Shown piece by piece: positions 37,561-48,630 of a stretch of DNA of 64,000 nt (positions within the stretch are counted from its first letter, which is position 1; each line of letters starts with the position of its first letter). A program made the position numbers and the translations under genes. This DNA is from Vicugna vicugna. Lineage: Eukaryota. The stretch lies in assembly GCA_013265495.1 (NCBI GenBank), contig MU058213.1, forward strand, positions 2,046,001-2,110,000, in the 5' to 3' direction. The notes below the pieces were generated by a model. It made no database searches and had not been told where the DNA came from. It saw only the letters and a program-made list of their open reading frames with translations.

Positions 37561-37947
37561 TAAAAATATTAATATTATGAAAGACAAAAATGCTGGCGAA
37601 CTATTTCAGCTTAAAGGAGACTAAAGAACTTTTTTAAAAGTGCATAAATTATAAACAAGAGCTATTCACTTTTGACTTACACACTTCAATTAAACTTTAA
37701 AAGGTATGAAAAATTGTAACTTACAGTGCCTCCAGAGAACACTTTAAAGAGCATCAGTAACCTTTCTCTGTCCCACGTCATTTTATTGATACTTTTGACT
37801 ATATCAATTCTATATTAAAGTTAGAAGGCATGGATAATAACCTTCCAATAAGACAAAAACAAAAACAAAAACAAGCTTTGCTATTTTGAGTGTGAGATGT
37901 CAGTTGTCTTCTTTTCAAATTTGGTCTCAAATGCTTGAAATTCCATA

Positions 37948-38360
37948 CAGCATTCCCTCCTTATGCATGGGGAGTGTGCCCCAAGACCCCCAGTGGATGC
38001 CTGAAACTGCTGATAGTGCCAAATTCTATATATACTACATTGTTTCCTATACATACAAACCTATGATAAAGTTTAATTTATAAATTAGGCGCAGTAAGAG
38101 ATTAACTGCAATAACCAATAATAAAATAGAATAATTATAACAATATACTGTACTAAAAGCTATGTGAATGTGATCTCTCTCCTTACTCAGCTTCTTCAGC
38201 TCTGTCAGAAATATGGAGACGCAGACTCTCCAGTAGTTTTTTATTTTTCCATCCAAACCTAACCCTGAGTCTGTGTAACTGTCCCTTACTTGCAGTAAAT
38301 GGCTGTTGTCACTTGTTTCAGGGGATCCCTTGCTGAAGTCTTTGTATAGGCTTCATACTG
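37948..38360 (+). mobile_element. MER44/Tigger7 DNA transposon fragment
   Basis: TA|CAG start; CCAAGACCCCCAGTGGATGCCTGAAAC...CCTATGATAAAGTTTAATTTATAAATTAGG. Confidence 0.85.
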
Positions 38361-38919
38361 TCTTGCAATTTCTGTACAATTCATAGTAACTATAAAATAG
38401 GTCTCTTTTTAGTTTTCAGTTGTCTAACCTATAAAATTAAAGAAAAATTTGGTTCTTAATCAATCATATTAGGACCCAAAAAGGAAAACCATAACTCTAT
38501 TGAAAGGTTCAAATTATATATTAACATTTATTACAATAAATTAACATGTATACAAGTAAAGTAAATAATACAGGTAAAGGGAACGATAGAATTAACCTAC
38601 ATGTACCCATCACCCAACAATATTAATTTTCAACTGCTGTCTAATCTTGTTTTATATATACTGACCATCACGTCACCTCCTCTGAATTATTTTGAAGCAA
38701 AACACAGACATCACATTATTTGTAGATTGGATTATACATTATTAGGATCTTTATACTTGTTCAGATTATTATAACATGGATACATCTAAGATATTAGTAT
38801 TAATACACCTCAGCAAGATAAAATAATACATTGCATTTGTATAGTTCTTTAGTTTATCAAACTTCACTAGTACCTTGTGGCATATATCACATGAACTTGA
38901 CAGTTTCCCAAAACCTAGA

Positions 38920-39630
38920 TAATTTTCTGATGAGGCCCTTGGCTATAATAACAAGTACAATTTTTTTTCATTGTATGATAAAATGTGTCAGTTTTGGAAC
39001 ATCTGCATAGCTTCATGAACCAGTATTTTACAAATGACCAATGTATGATATTACAGAGTCCTGCATGAGTAAAGGACCTGTTCAAAGTGTAAGAGGGACC
39101 AATGGATTTTAACAAAGTGGGGTATGAAAAGTTCAGTGATATGGCTTCATATTTCATATAGGAACTAGCCAAAAAAAAAAAAAAAAACCCCTGCCATCTG
39201 TTGCATTCTGGTATACTGTCAAAGAAGGATATCCATAATTATCTGAAAGGCTATTAAGATACTACTGCCTTTTCCAACTATATTTCTGTATGAGGCTAAT
39301 TTTTTCTTTTACATACTTCAACCAAAACAATCTGTTAAAACAGATTCGATTCAGAAGCAGATATGAGAATGTAGTTGTCTTCTATTAAGCTTGACATTAA
39401 GGAGTTTTCAAAATTGTAAAACAATGTCACAATTTTTCCCACTACTTTTTGAAAATATAGGTGATTGTCAAAAACTATTTTTAATGTTAAAATGTATTGA
39501 TTTATTATCATTATTTTAAAGTAAATAACAAGTATTTTAAATTCTCAACTTATTTTCTAGTATAGTAAATATTGATAGATATAACCCATATAAAGAAAAG
39601 TTCCCTTTGGTCCTCAAGTCCACTGAGAGA
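38920..39630 (+). mobile_element. Charlie1-type hAT transposon fragment (decayed transposase C-terminus)
   Basis: Disrupted hAT dimerisation-domain peptides (KEGYP, AIKILLPFPTIFLYEA, EADMRM.LSSIK). Confidence 0.85.
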
Positions 39631-39631
39631 T

Positions 39632-40195
39632 TGCTAAGACGAAAGAAATCTCCTCTTTTTATATACTGAAGTTGATACAGTCTAGTACATACATGTTTTT
39701 GAGATAAACAATAATTAGTCCTCAAGTAAGAGAGCTTGACAACATCGTTTATTACACATGGTTCATTCTAACTGTACTTGGTAATTGGAGTGGCTATCTG
39801 TGGTATTGAATTGGTTTTGTCCCTGGGAAAACCGAACTTGTATCATTATGACAGGAGGTAGTTTTGCAACTTGAAGCCAAGTGCACAGGGATGTTAGGTC
39901 CCAACTCTCTCACAGAAACTGGGAGGTAGGGGTGCTTTCTCATCTTGATGTTAACATTTCAAAAAGGTGGCTCCAGGTCCTTGAGAAGGACATTCCTAGC
40001 TTGTAAAGCTGACAAAATGCTAATCTATTCTTCAAAGGGATTTATGTGCATTTCAAAGAGAATAGAGAGTACTTACAATGATAAGTTTTCTAAAGTAAAT
40101 GCTCAAAGGAAAAGGAGAAAAAAAGGGAAATCTCTTCCTTTACTTTCAACAGAGAGAAGGAAGCCTCTTATTTATAATTTGTGTTTGTCCTTACG
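39632..40195 (-). mobile_element. ERV1-class solo LTR (MER89/MER34-like)
   Basis: Reverse complement starts GTAAGGACAAA...AATAAGAGGCTT...GAGCATTTACTTTAGAAAACTT. Confidence 0.75.
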
Positions 40196-40795
40196 GTGTC
40201 TGCTGTCTGGTTACTTCATGCAGATGTCTCTGGTAATTGAGTGGGGTGGGGTGGGAAGGACAGGGAGCACTCCTCTCTACTCCTGTCTCACAACCCCTGC
40301 CTTTTTTTCTCTTCAGTTTGCCTTTTTCTCATGTTTCTTAATGTTTCACTTTGCACTTGTTGGCCAAGCCATGACCTGAGAGTGACGAGTGCTCTGCAAG
40401 TGAAGATGGTTCCTTTGTGTTAGTTCTTCAAGATCCCGGAGCGCTGAGAGGTTTGGGGACAGCTTTCTCAACTTCCTCCTTCTTGGTCTCAGGTTTACAA
40501 GTCCCAGGTCAACCTCTGCTTAATAAATACCAGGTCCATAAAGGAAGAAAATGTCCCTTTAATCATTACCCAAATGATTTTTTTTCTCTTTTCTCCACTT
40601 ACAAAATTAATCTGATACAGGTTTTATTTAAAACTTTTTTGCTATATCTAGCACATTTCAGGTTTGGGCCAATAGAAGTTATGGTTCAGATAATCACTTT
40701 AGTGAGTGTGTCTGGAGAAGCTTTCTCCTCTTGCCCCCTGTGATGCTGCACATGCTTGTTTTCCTCCTGCTTCACTGGCTACCACTTGTTTGTCT

Positions 40796-41307
40796 TGTGA
40801 GTGATAAGTATTGCCAGCCATATCAGTAAACAAAGAATTCTGTGACAATCCAGTCATAGCTGCTACCACCACCCCCCTGACAGTGAGCAGAGGGAACTCA
40901 GGATGCAGACAAATAGGAAGCCCAGCCTTTGCAGCCTCCCCCAACCAGGCCCTTGAGGGAGCTCAGGATGTGGAAGAACAGGACACTGGCCCTAGATAGC
41001 TACGTGCATATCAAAGGAATGAGTTCAGTGAGGCCAGACCTTTGCACCTTCCCATGCATAGAAAAGTGCTAAATTCCTTAATTTTGGATATCTGGGTTTT
41101 TTTTTTAATTGACAGTAATCTTTTGATGTTCCAACTACCTGGTCCTTGTTGCAAAAACTCCTATGTATCCTGGCTTCTGCCTTTCCCCTTTGGAACAGTC
41201 TCTTAGAGAGATATGAGAGGCTGTGTCCTGGGCTCTAGTCCTCAGGTAGTCTGCCAAGTAAAACATAACTCTCAACTTTTGGGTTGTGCGTTTTATTTCA
41301 GTTGACA
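40796..41307 (+). mobile_element. ERV1 solo LTR (MER41-like) inserted in L2
   Basis: TG...CA termini; TSD GTCT/GTGT (3 of 4 match); end AAACATAACTCTCAACTTTTGGGTTGTGCGTTTTATTTCAGTTGACA. Confidence 0.85.
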
Positions 41308-42000
41308 GTGTCCTCACAGGCTCTTCCTCCTCCACTTGACTCCCACATGAAGGAGAGCATCTCGATGGAGTTAAAAGTTCTCTCTTCATTCACTACCACT
41401 CCTTAGGTTGTTTCTTCTAGTTCCATAGATTTAGTATCATCTGATATTGATCAATCTAAACTTCTATCTTCAGCTTTGACCTCTCCTATCAGTTCCAAAC
41501 TTTTATATCCAACAGCTCACTTGAAAGCTCAACTAAATAGCTGATAAGCAACTCACAATTAATATGTAGAAATAGAATTCTTGATGTCTCCCAGTTCTAC
41601 CCTCTCTTCAGTCTTCTTAATTCAGTAATGATATCGTTATACATTCAGTTGCCCAATCAAAACACAAAAGCAGACAAAACCCCATTCCACTGACTTACAT
41701 GGCTCACATCAAACCCATTAGGAAGTTCTGTTGATTCTACTTCTAAGGTACATTTTGTATCCAATTCCTCTCTCAAATCTGAAAGCCACCACCCCAGTCT
41801 ATACTACCATCATTTCTCAGAAAAGGGGAGAAACTTTTGACCAGTCTCTCTGCTTTCATTCTTTAACCTCTTCCCCTATACATCAACCACCATAATCATT
41901 TAAGAATGTGAATCTTACTACTTTGATTATCTTATGATAAAATTTTAAGACATTTCCACTGCACTTAGAATTAAATTAAAAATCTTTACTGAAATGCTTT
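41308..42000 (+). mobile_element. L2 fragment (continues from ~40690)
   Basis: TTTATATCCAAC...CTCAC; CACTGCACTTAGAATTAAAT. Confidence 0.7.
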
Positions 42001-43859
42001 TCATTCTTGTTGTTCAGATGCCCCTGAATATTCTTAAATGGACAACTAAGAGTAAATTTTGGAGAAAAAAATCCTTTCGTTTAAAAGTGTAAATATTTTA
42101 AAATAAAAAGACTAAAAAATTCTCCTAAATATATTCAATTGATTATTAAATGTTGAATATAAATTTTAAATATTAATGTAACAAGCAAAATTATTTTATA
42201 AAATCATCCTTCAGTGTGATGCATAGGACTTTCTTCCTTAATTAGATCCTATTTCTGTAGATTAGTATTTTTGTAGCTAGAATAAGACATGGGTCAAAGT
42301 TCAGCTTTAGTTCTTTTCCTACTGTGTACTTTAGGATTCTTTTTGTGTAGCCACATTTCAATCGTATGGATTGTTCAGATATGCCTTAATAAGTGTGGTA
42401 GAGAGATGAACCCTGAAGAATTATCACAAATGGTCCATGATTAAAAGTATTAATTTTTAATTATACATTTGATGAAACAAGCACACCTTATCAACATCCA
42501 AGAGGGAGGAATCCACTTTAATTGACCAAAGCTGGTTTTCTAGAGTTTAGAACATGTAATTTGGGAATATTTTGTTCCATACCCATACTTAAGTGGCTAT
42601 TAAAGAGTGCAATTAAGTCAACGTAGAAATTAACAGCAAAAAGAAGAGAAAGTTCGTTATTAACTATGTACTGTTAAAAGATGTATAGGAGTATGTATAT
42701 TTATAGGAGAATCTATAACATATTTGTCTTAACTTAAATATAATAAATGAGTCATGAAAATACCTAAAATAGTGGGTAAGTGGCTGAGTGACACTACGCA
42801 GGAGGCTTTCCTCCAAGTTAAATAGTAAGTGTGGCTTTACCGTATTCAGTGATCTTTGAGCAACAGTTAATGAGATGTTATCTTTTCCAACTCTGAATAA
42901 ATATTTAAGAATTTTTGAAACTTCTATCTTATTTCTAATATATGTATATTTTTCTTTATGAATAATATTGATATGTTATAATGTAAACTTAAAAAACTCT
43001 TTGACTTCCTCCTTAAGATTGTGCCAAGCATGCAGTGGAGACAGATAACCTCATGGACAGTAGCAGTGCTTAATATCACTTTGGCTGTATTACCAGAACT
43101 TAACCAAAATATGGCTCTCCTTAGATGCATAACCAAACTAGGTCTTCTATGAAATGGAACTTACAGTCACTAATTCTTAGAGTATACAACATATACAGAT
43201 TTCAGTGTTCTCTTTTCTCTACATATTTCTTTCTAAAAAGGCTTATAGTTCTTTTCAGTTGATACCATGATGCCTTGTTTAAGTTTTCCTTTCTTGTTTA
43301 ATTTTTCAGTATCTCTTTCAGAGAATTTCAACACTTAAAAATACAGACTTTAAAAAAAATCCGGACTTTTTAAATGATGTATTTCTCCCAGAAAACTTTT
43401 TAAAAATTTAAATAGAATTGCATAATAATGTCACAAAGATAAAATGGCCCTTTCAACATTAATTTTTTTTCAACCCACATACCATGCCACTGTAGTTTTC
43501 TTTTTCTAGTCTTAATTTTTTTTGAAAATCATGATTCAGATTGCAGGATGCAGTCACAGCAGGCTGCCTTTCCAAGGTATGGGTCAGTCCTTCAGGACAT
43601 ATGCAGTTGCCTGTTCTCGAAAAACAATCTCAGCAAGAAATGGGCAATGGAATTTTATTCTTGTGAGGCAGAATTCTGTAAAACAGGTTGTAATTTTAGG
43701 GTATACTTTGTAGAGCACCTTGAATTTAGTTTATTGATCCTTTAATATTACTTTATTTTTCTACACAGTGAACAAGAAATAAGGAGAATTTATTTTTTGT
43801 TTTAATTGTAAAAGTACAACATGCTTATCATATAAAAAGTGAGGAAGTAGAAGGAGTAA

Positions 43860-44100
43860 CACACTGTATGTTCAGCAGCACAGATTTAGAGTCCAGTTGA
43901 CTAGGTTCAGGTCCCAGCTGTGCCATCAAACAGCTGTATGACCTTGGAAATGTGACTTGACTTGTCTGTGCTTCAGTTTCTTAAGTTGTAAAGTGGGGGT
44001 GATGCTAATAGCAGCTATACCACAGAGTTGCTGTGAGATGAACTGAAGTCATCCAGCTAAGCCACCTGGCTTCAGGAAATATTCAGTAAGAATTAGCTAA
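43860..44100 (+). mobile_element. MIR SINE
   Basis: GCTGTATGACCTTGG...TCTGTGCTTCAGTTTC...TGTAAAGTGGGG. Confidence 0.8.
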
Positions 44101-44657
44101 CATCATCCAAGGTGACCACTGTTGATGATTTGCTGTTACGCTTTTTTCTCATGTATTTTTAACATTGGTTATAATATATGTATGTGTATATGTGTATCCT
44201 ACTTTTTAAAATTAATTTTTAATATTTTATGACTACAAAATTGTTACATAATCTTTGTAGGGAAAAATGCAGATTAACACATTGGCTTAAAAATACTGTG
44301 ATATATGATCATGGAAACCATTTGAAATGCTTTTCCTGGAGTGTCTTAGGATACTGGTATAAACAGCAGAGGGCAGCCCTCCCATCTGTGAGAATATAAC
44401 TCTAAAAATTGGATGCTTGTCCCGAGGGAAATTAGACATCCCTCCCCATAATGCGTCTTCAGGGGGTACTTATAATGGGGCCTTATGCTGGCTGCCTCAG
44501 TGATAGATTGTGACTTACAGTCAGTGTCTCTAAAGGAAATGGCCCCATTTACCACCCCACCAGTTGCTATCTTGTTTCACTCAGGATAGTATTCTCAAAA
44601 GACTCCTGGAGCAGGAAAGAAGCTCTAACATTTTGTGGAACGATAATATCAGAAGGC

Positions 44658-45150
44658 TACTATCTTAGTCATTTCAGTAACAAAATACCACAGGCCAGGT
44701 GGCGTAAGTAAAAACATTTATTTATTACAGTTTCGGAGGCTGGGAAATCCAGGATCAAGGTACTGGCCAATTCATTTTCTGGTGAGAGCTCTCCTCCGGG
44801 CTGGCAGATGGCTACCTACCTTGCTGTGTCCTCATAGAGTAGCAAGAAGGGAGGGGAGGAAGAGAGGGGAGAGGGAGAGAGGAAGTAAGGGGTGGGGGAA
44901 GCCGAGGAGGCAGACAGAGGAAGGGGTCTGTCTGGAGAAGTCTCTTGCTCAGTCACACATGGGAGAAGGGGCAAAGGGAGGGAGGGAGAGAGGGAGAGGG
45001 AAGGGGAAGACAGAGATCTTTCTTTTCTTATGAAACCACATTCCTGTCATATTAGGGCTCCACCCTTATGACCTCATTTAACCTTAATTACCTCCTAAAG
45101 ACTGTATCTCCAGATGCAATTAAATTGAGGTTAGAATTTCAACATGTGAA
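44658..45150 (-). mobile_element. MaLR LTR (MLT1A-like) with an expanded GA tract and a foreign 58-bp insert
   Basis: TAACAAAATACCACAG...GGAGGCTGGGAAATCCAGGATCAAGG...CCCTTATGACCTCATTTAACCTTAATTACCTCC. Confidence 0.88.
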
Positions 45151-45159
45151 GGGCTTCAA

Positions 45160-45730
45160 CTACCACATGCTGTTGGGTATGTTGTAGGCATAGGAGCACA
45201 GAGGCAGCCAAAACAAAGTCCCTGCTTTCATGGATTTTAAAGCCCGTATGGCTCTCCAACAGTAAACAGACAAAATAACATGATACCAGTTAGTAGCCCT
45301 TACTGTGGAGAAATAATAAGGGTAGGAGGAGAGAGAGCAATTTAGATGAATGTATGTTCCATTCAGGATAGAGTGGTTAAGGAAGTTTTCTTGGATGACG
45401 GGGACATTTGAATAGGGACTTGAATAACTGAGGGAGAGAGGTATGTGACTACATAGAAAAAGAGCATTCCAGGCACAAGGTAGAAGTTGTTGAAGTGGGA
45501 GCATGCTCGAAATATTTGTGGAGTAGCAAGCAGACCAGAGTGGAAGAGTGGAGTAAAGTAGGGGAAGGAATGGTGGAAAACATAATTGAGGAGAAAGAGC
45601 CAGGGGCCAGATCATGCAAGGCTGTGGGGCATGATGACTGACTTTCACGTAGCTAGGAAAAAGCTCTTGCTGGGTTGGCAGCTGTGTTGAGAGTAGGAGA
45701 TAGCAGGCCAGTATGGAGACAGGAGGCATT
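45160..45730 (-). mobile_element. L2 fragment
   Basis: AAAGTCCCTGCTTTCATGGA; GAGCATTCCAGGCA; GGGGCCAGATCATGCAAGGC. Confidence 0.8.
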
Positions 45731-46239
45731 GTGACAGCGGACTACAGCAGTCATCTGTCCAGTCTAGAAGACTCATCTCTGCATCACTGTGACGCAACGC
45801 CGGATTCCTGCTTCCTGACCTTTGCTCTGATCTCTCACTTGGCGTTGTACCACTTCTCTCTGCACTTATTTACTCTTTCATGATCCAGCTCCTGTCATTG
45901 ATTTCATTCACTTCCAGCATATTTTATACTCGGAAAAACATTGCAGGTGACCTCTCTTCACATCTGTTAAATAGTTTAACATTCCTGGATTCTGCCAACT
46001 AAATACATTATTCTGAGAATAATTTCCTAAATGTGTATGATTCTACTGCACTAAAGTAACACTTTTCTCACCTGGAGATTTCTAACTCCAAAGCCTTCAC
46101 TAAATGGAATGCTGAAAAGAAATACCTCTGGGCTGCTGGAAAAAGCTCTGCAAATCCGTGCCCTAAAGTCCACATGTTTTCTCCTTACAGCCTCATCTCC
46201 ACAAATGACCAGTAGAAGAGATACTGATAAATATCCATG

Positions 46240-46869
46240 TGTTACTGAACCAACTTGGGTCCACTCGCTCGTGTGCAGTAAAGCCAGTCTACTGATACGG
46301 GTATCTACTGATACTGATACGAGGTTGTGGTGAGGCAAAGTGCAGCATTTATTGCAGGCACCGAACAAGGAGACAGGTGGCTAATGCTCAAAAGACTCAA
46401 ACTCCCTAGTAGTTCAGGGAAAAGTTTTTAAAGGAGGGTGAGGGACTGACTTGCAGGGTGTGTGATCAGCTCATGGACACTCTTCTGATTGGTTGGTAGT
46501 GAGGTCATCCGGAGTCAATACCATCTACCTTCTGGTTCCAACTGGTCTGGGTCTACGTGCTTTTGGTCAGCATACAGTTAACTTCTTTCACCTGGTGGGC
46601 ATTTCAGTATCTGCCAAACATCTCAAAGGATATGACTCAGGATAATATCTATAGCATCTGAGGAGTAACTAAAAGTCTTTGACTTTGTTTAGTGGCCAAA
46701 CTATTATTTTGTCCTGCTTAACTATTTTCCTTTGTTTCTACATTTCTCACTTGTCTGATCAAATTTATTCTTTAGAACTCAGGGAAAGCCTAGGAGGCTA
46801 AAGTTTTTCTACAAACAGGAGACAGGCAGAGGATGGGATCTGCCTGGAGAAGCCTCTTGCTCAGTCACA
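46240..46869 (-). mobile_element. ERV1 solo LTR (LTR39-like) with CpG-decayed TSD CATG/TGTG
   Basis: TGTTAC...TCACA termini; TTTATT and CTGATTGG in antisense; both flanks are consistent with an original CGTG. Confidence 0.88.
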
Positions 46870-48329
46870 TGTGGTGCTCTGTGGTGTCTCCCTCCTTTCT
46901 TGTTTCTGGGGTTCCTACTTATTTTTGTCTCTGAGCTTGAAAAAGAATTTGTCTTTGCTCATCTGGCAGGATGGACTGCTCAGCTCACTCAGTTTGATGT
47001 AGGGTGAAGTCAGTTCCCCAATGTGTAAACCACTCCATCAGGAGGAGATACTGGGGACACCTGAAGGACGTTCTGACTGAGGGAGCAAAGGTATCTCTGA
47101 CATCTTTTAAAGTTTAGAAGTGAGAGGTCCTGGAATGGCCCCAGTGGACAAGTTAGAAAGCATTTCAAACTCTAAGCTTTCTCTTATTCTCCTTTACTTC
47201 TCTTTCTTTCCGCTGGCCTCCTTCCTCTTTGTCTCTTTTCCATCTTCCTGCCTGGGGAAGGGAGGGCTCATTTTGTGTAGCATCCTATTAATCAGTCTAT
47301 TTTTTTAAGAACTAGAGATGAATATAGTGAAAAAAATGCTTAGAAGTGTCTTAGGAGTGCCTGCGAAAGTATTACTCTTTATATCGGTGACTGCATAACA
47401 TTTAAGTTTAGCATCTTTTTTTAATGTTGCAGCCTTAGCACCTAAATTAATCAAGATTAACGAGCTGGCCTTGCAAATAATGAGCAGTGTCTGAAGGACA
47501 GTGGGATAGGCTCTTAATGAATGCCAGTTGAATTCAATCTCAATAATTATCTGTCCTGTTAAATGATTAGGAGTCCTGATAAAGGCAACTTATCTGGCTC
47601 ATAACTACAACAGCTGTGAGGGGTTAGGAAGGCCCTTTGTGGACTCCCTAAAGACAGTAAAATGGGCATTTTACTCAGATTTCCAGTAGGCCTCTGGACT
47701 CTGGCAGATCTAGCTTGAAACCTGCTACTACCAGTTATCAGTTGCAGGAGGCATAATTTCTGTAATTCTCAATTTTCTTCTTTATAAAACGGTAATAATG
47801 ATTGACTCCCTTTTAGATTTTGACAAGAGAGGCCCGTGTCCTGGGCGTGGCGCCCTGTGTTCCTGCCCCCACCCCGTGCTCTGTTCTGACTGTGCTGCTT
47901 GGCTTGGCACGTGTGAAGAGTTAGCAGGGCCAGACCCCGCCCCGCAGACTAACTCCCAACATCCAGAACCCCAGAATTTCACGTTTATATGACTCTGAGC
48001 CTGCTTTCAGAGCCTGCCTGAGGGGGCTGAAGGGGGGGCTTCTTGAGGGATGGCTGGGCAGGAACGGAGCTTGCATGTTCTGCTAGAAGGCGGGCCACAG
48101 ATGGGCGGCTCAGGATCTTGTGCACAGCGGGTGGAGCCTGAGGTAAGAGGAGAAGAGGGGTGCACCTCGGACGGGGACCTTGGGTAGCCACACGACTGTG
48201 CAAAACTCCTAGGAATGAGAACTTGAAATTCCAGGTGATTATGACCTCCGTTTTTCAAGGTTGGGGAGGGAGGAATATATTTTATATTATGTTTATTTAT
48301 ATAGTAGATTGTGAGCTTGACTTACTATT

Positions 48330-48630
48330 ATTTTAAAAAATATTTGTAATGTGAGGTAATTGCAGATTTACATGTAGTTGTAAGAAACAACATAGAGGGA
48401 TCTCTTATTTTCTCCCAATGGTAATATTTTGCAAAACTATAGCATAGTATCACAGGCAAGCTGTTGACATATAAACAATCCACAGATCACATTCTGATTT
48501 CCCCAGTTTTGCTTGTAATCATTGGTATATCTGTGTACATTAAGTTTTATAATTTTATCACCTGTGCAGGTTCATGTATTTGCTACCATAGTCAGCACAC
48601 TAAACAGTTTTAATACTCCAAGAAGTCCTT
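48330..48630 (-). mobile_element. L1MC-type 3' end
   Basis: CCCAATGGTAATATTTTGCAAAACTATAG...TTCTGATTTCCCCAGTTTT. Confidence 0.8.

Noticed and set aside
38915..39430. Domesticated hAT transposase gene
   Set aside because: The reading frame is broken by stops and frameshifts; a fossil Charlie element.
45160..45729. Longest ORF in the window (189 aa)
   Set aside because: Lies wholly within a decayed L2 fragment and has no protein-family features.
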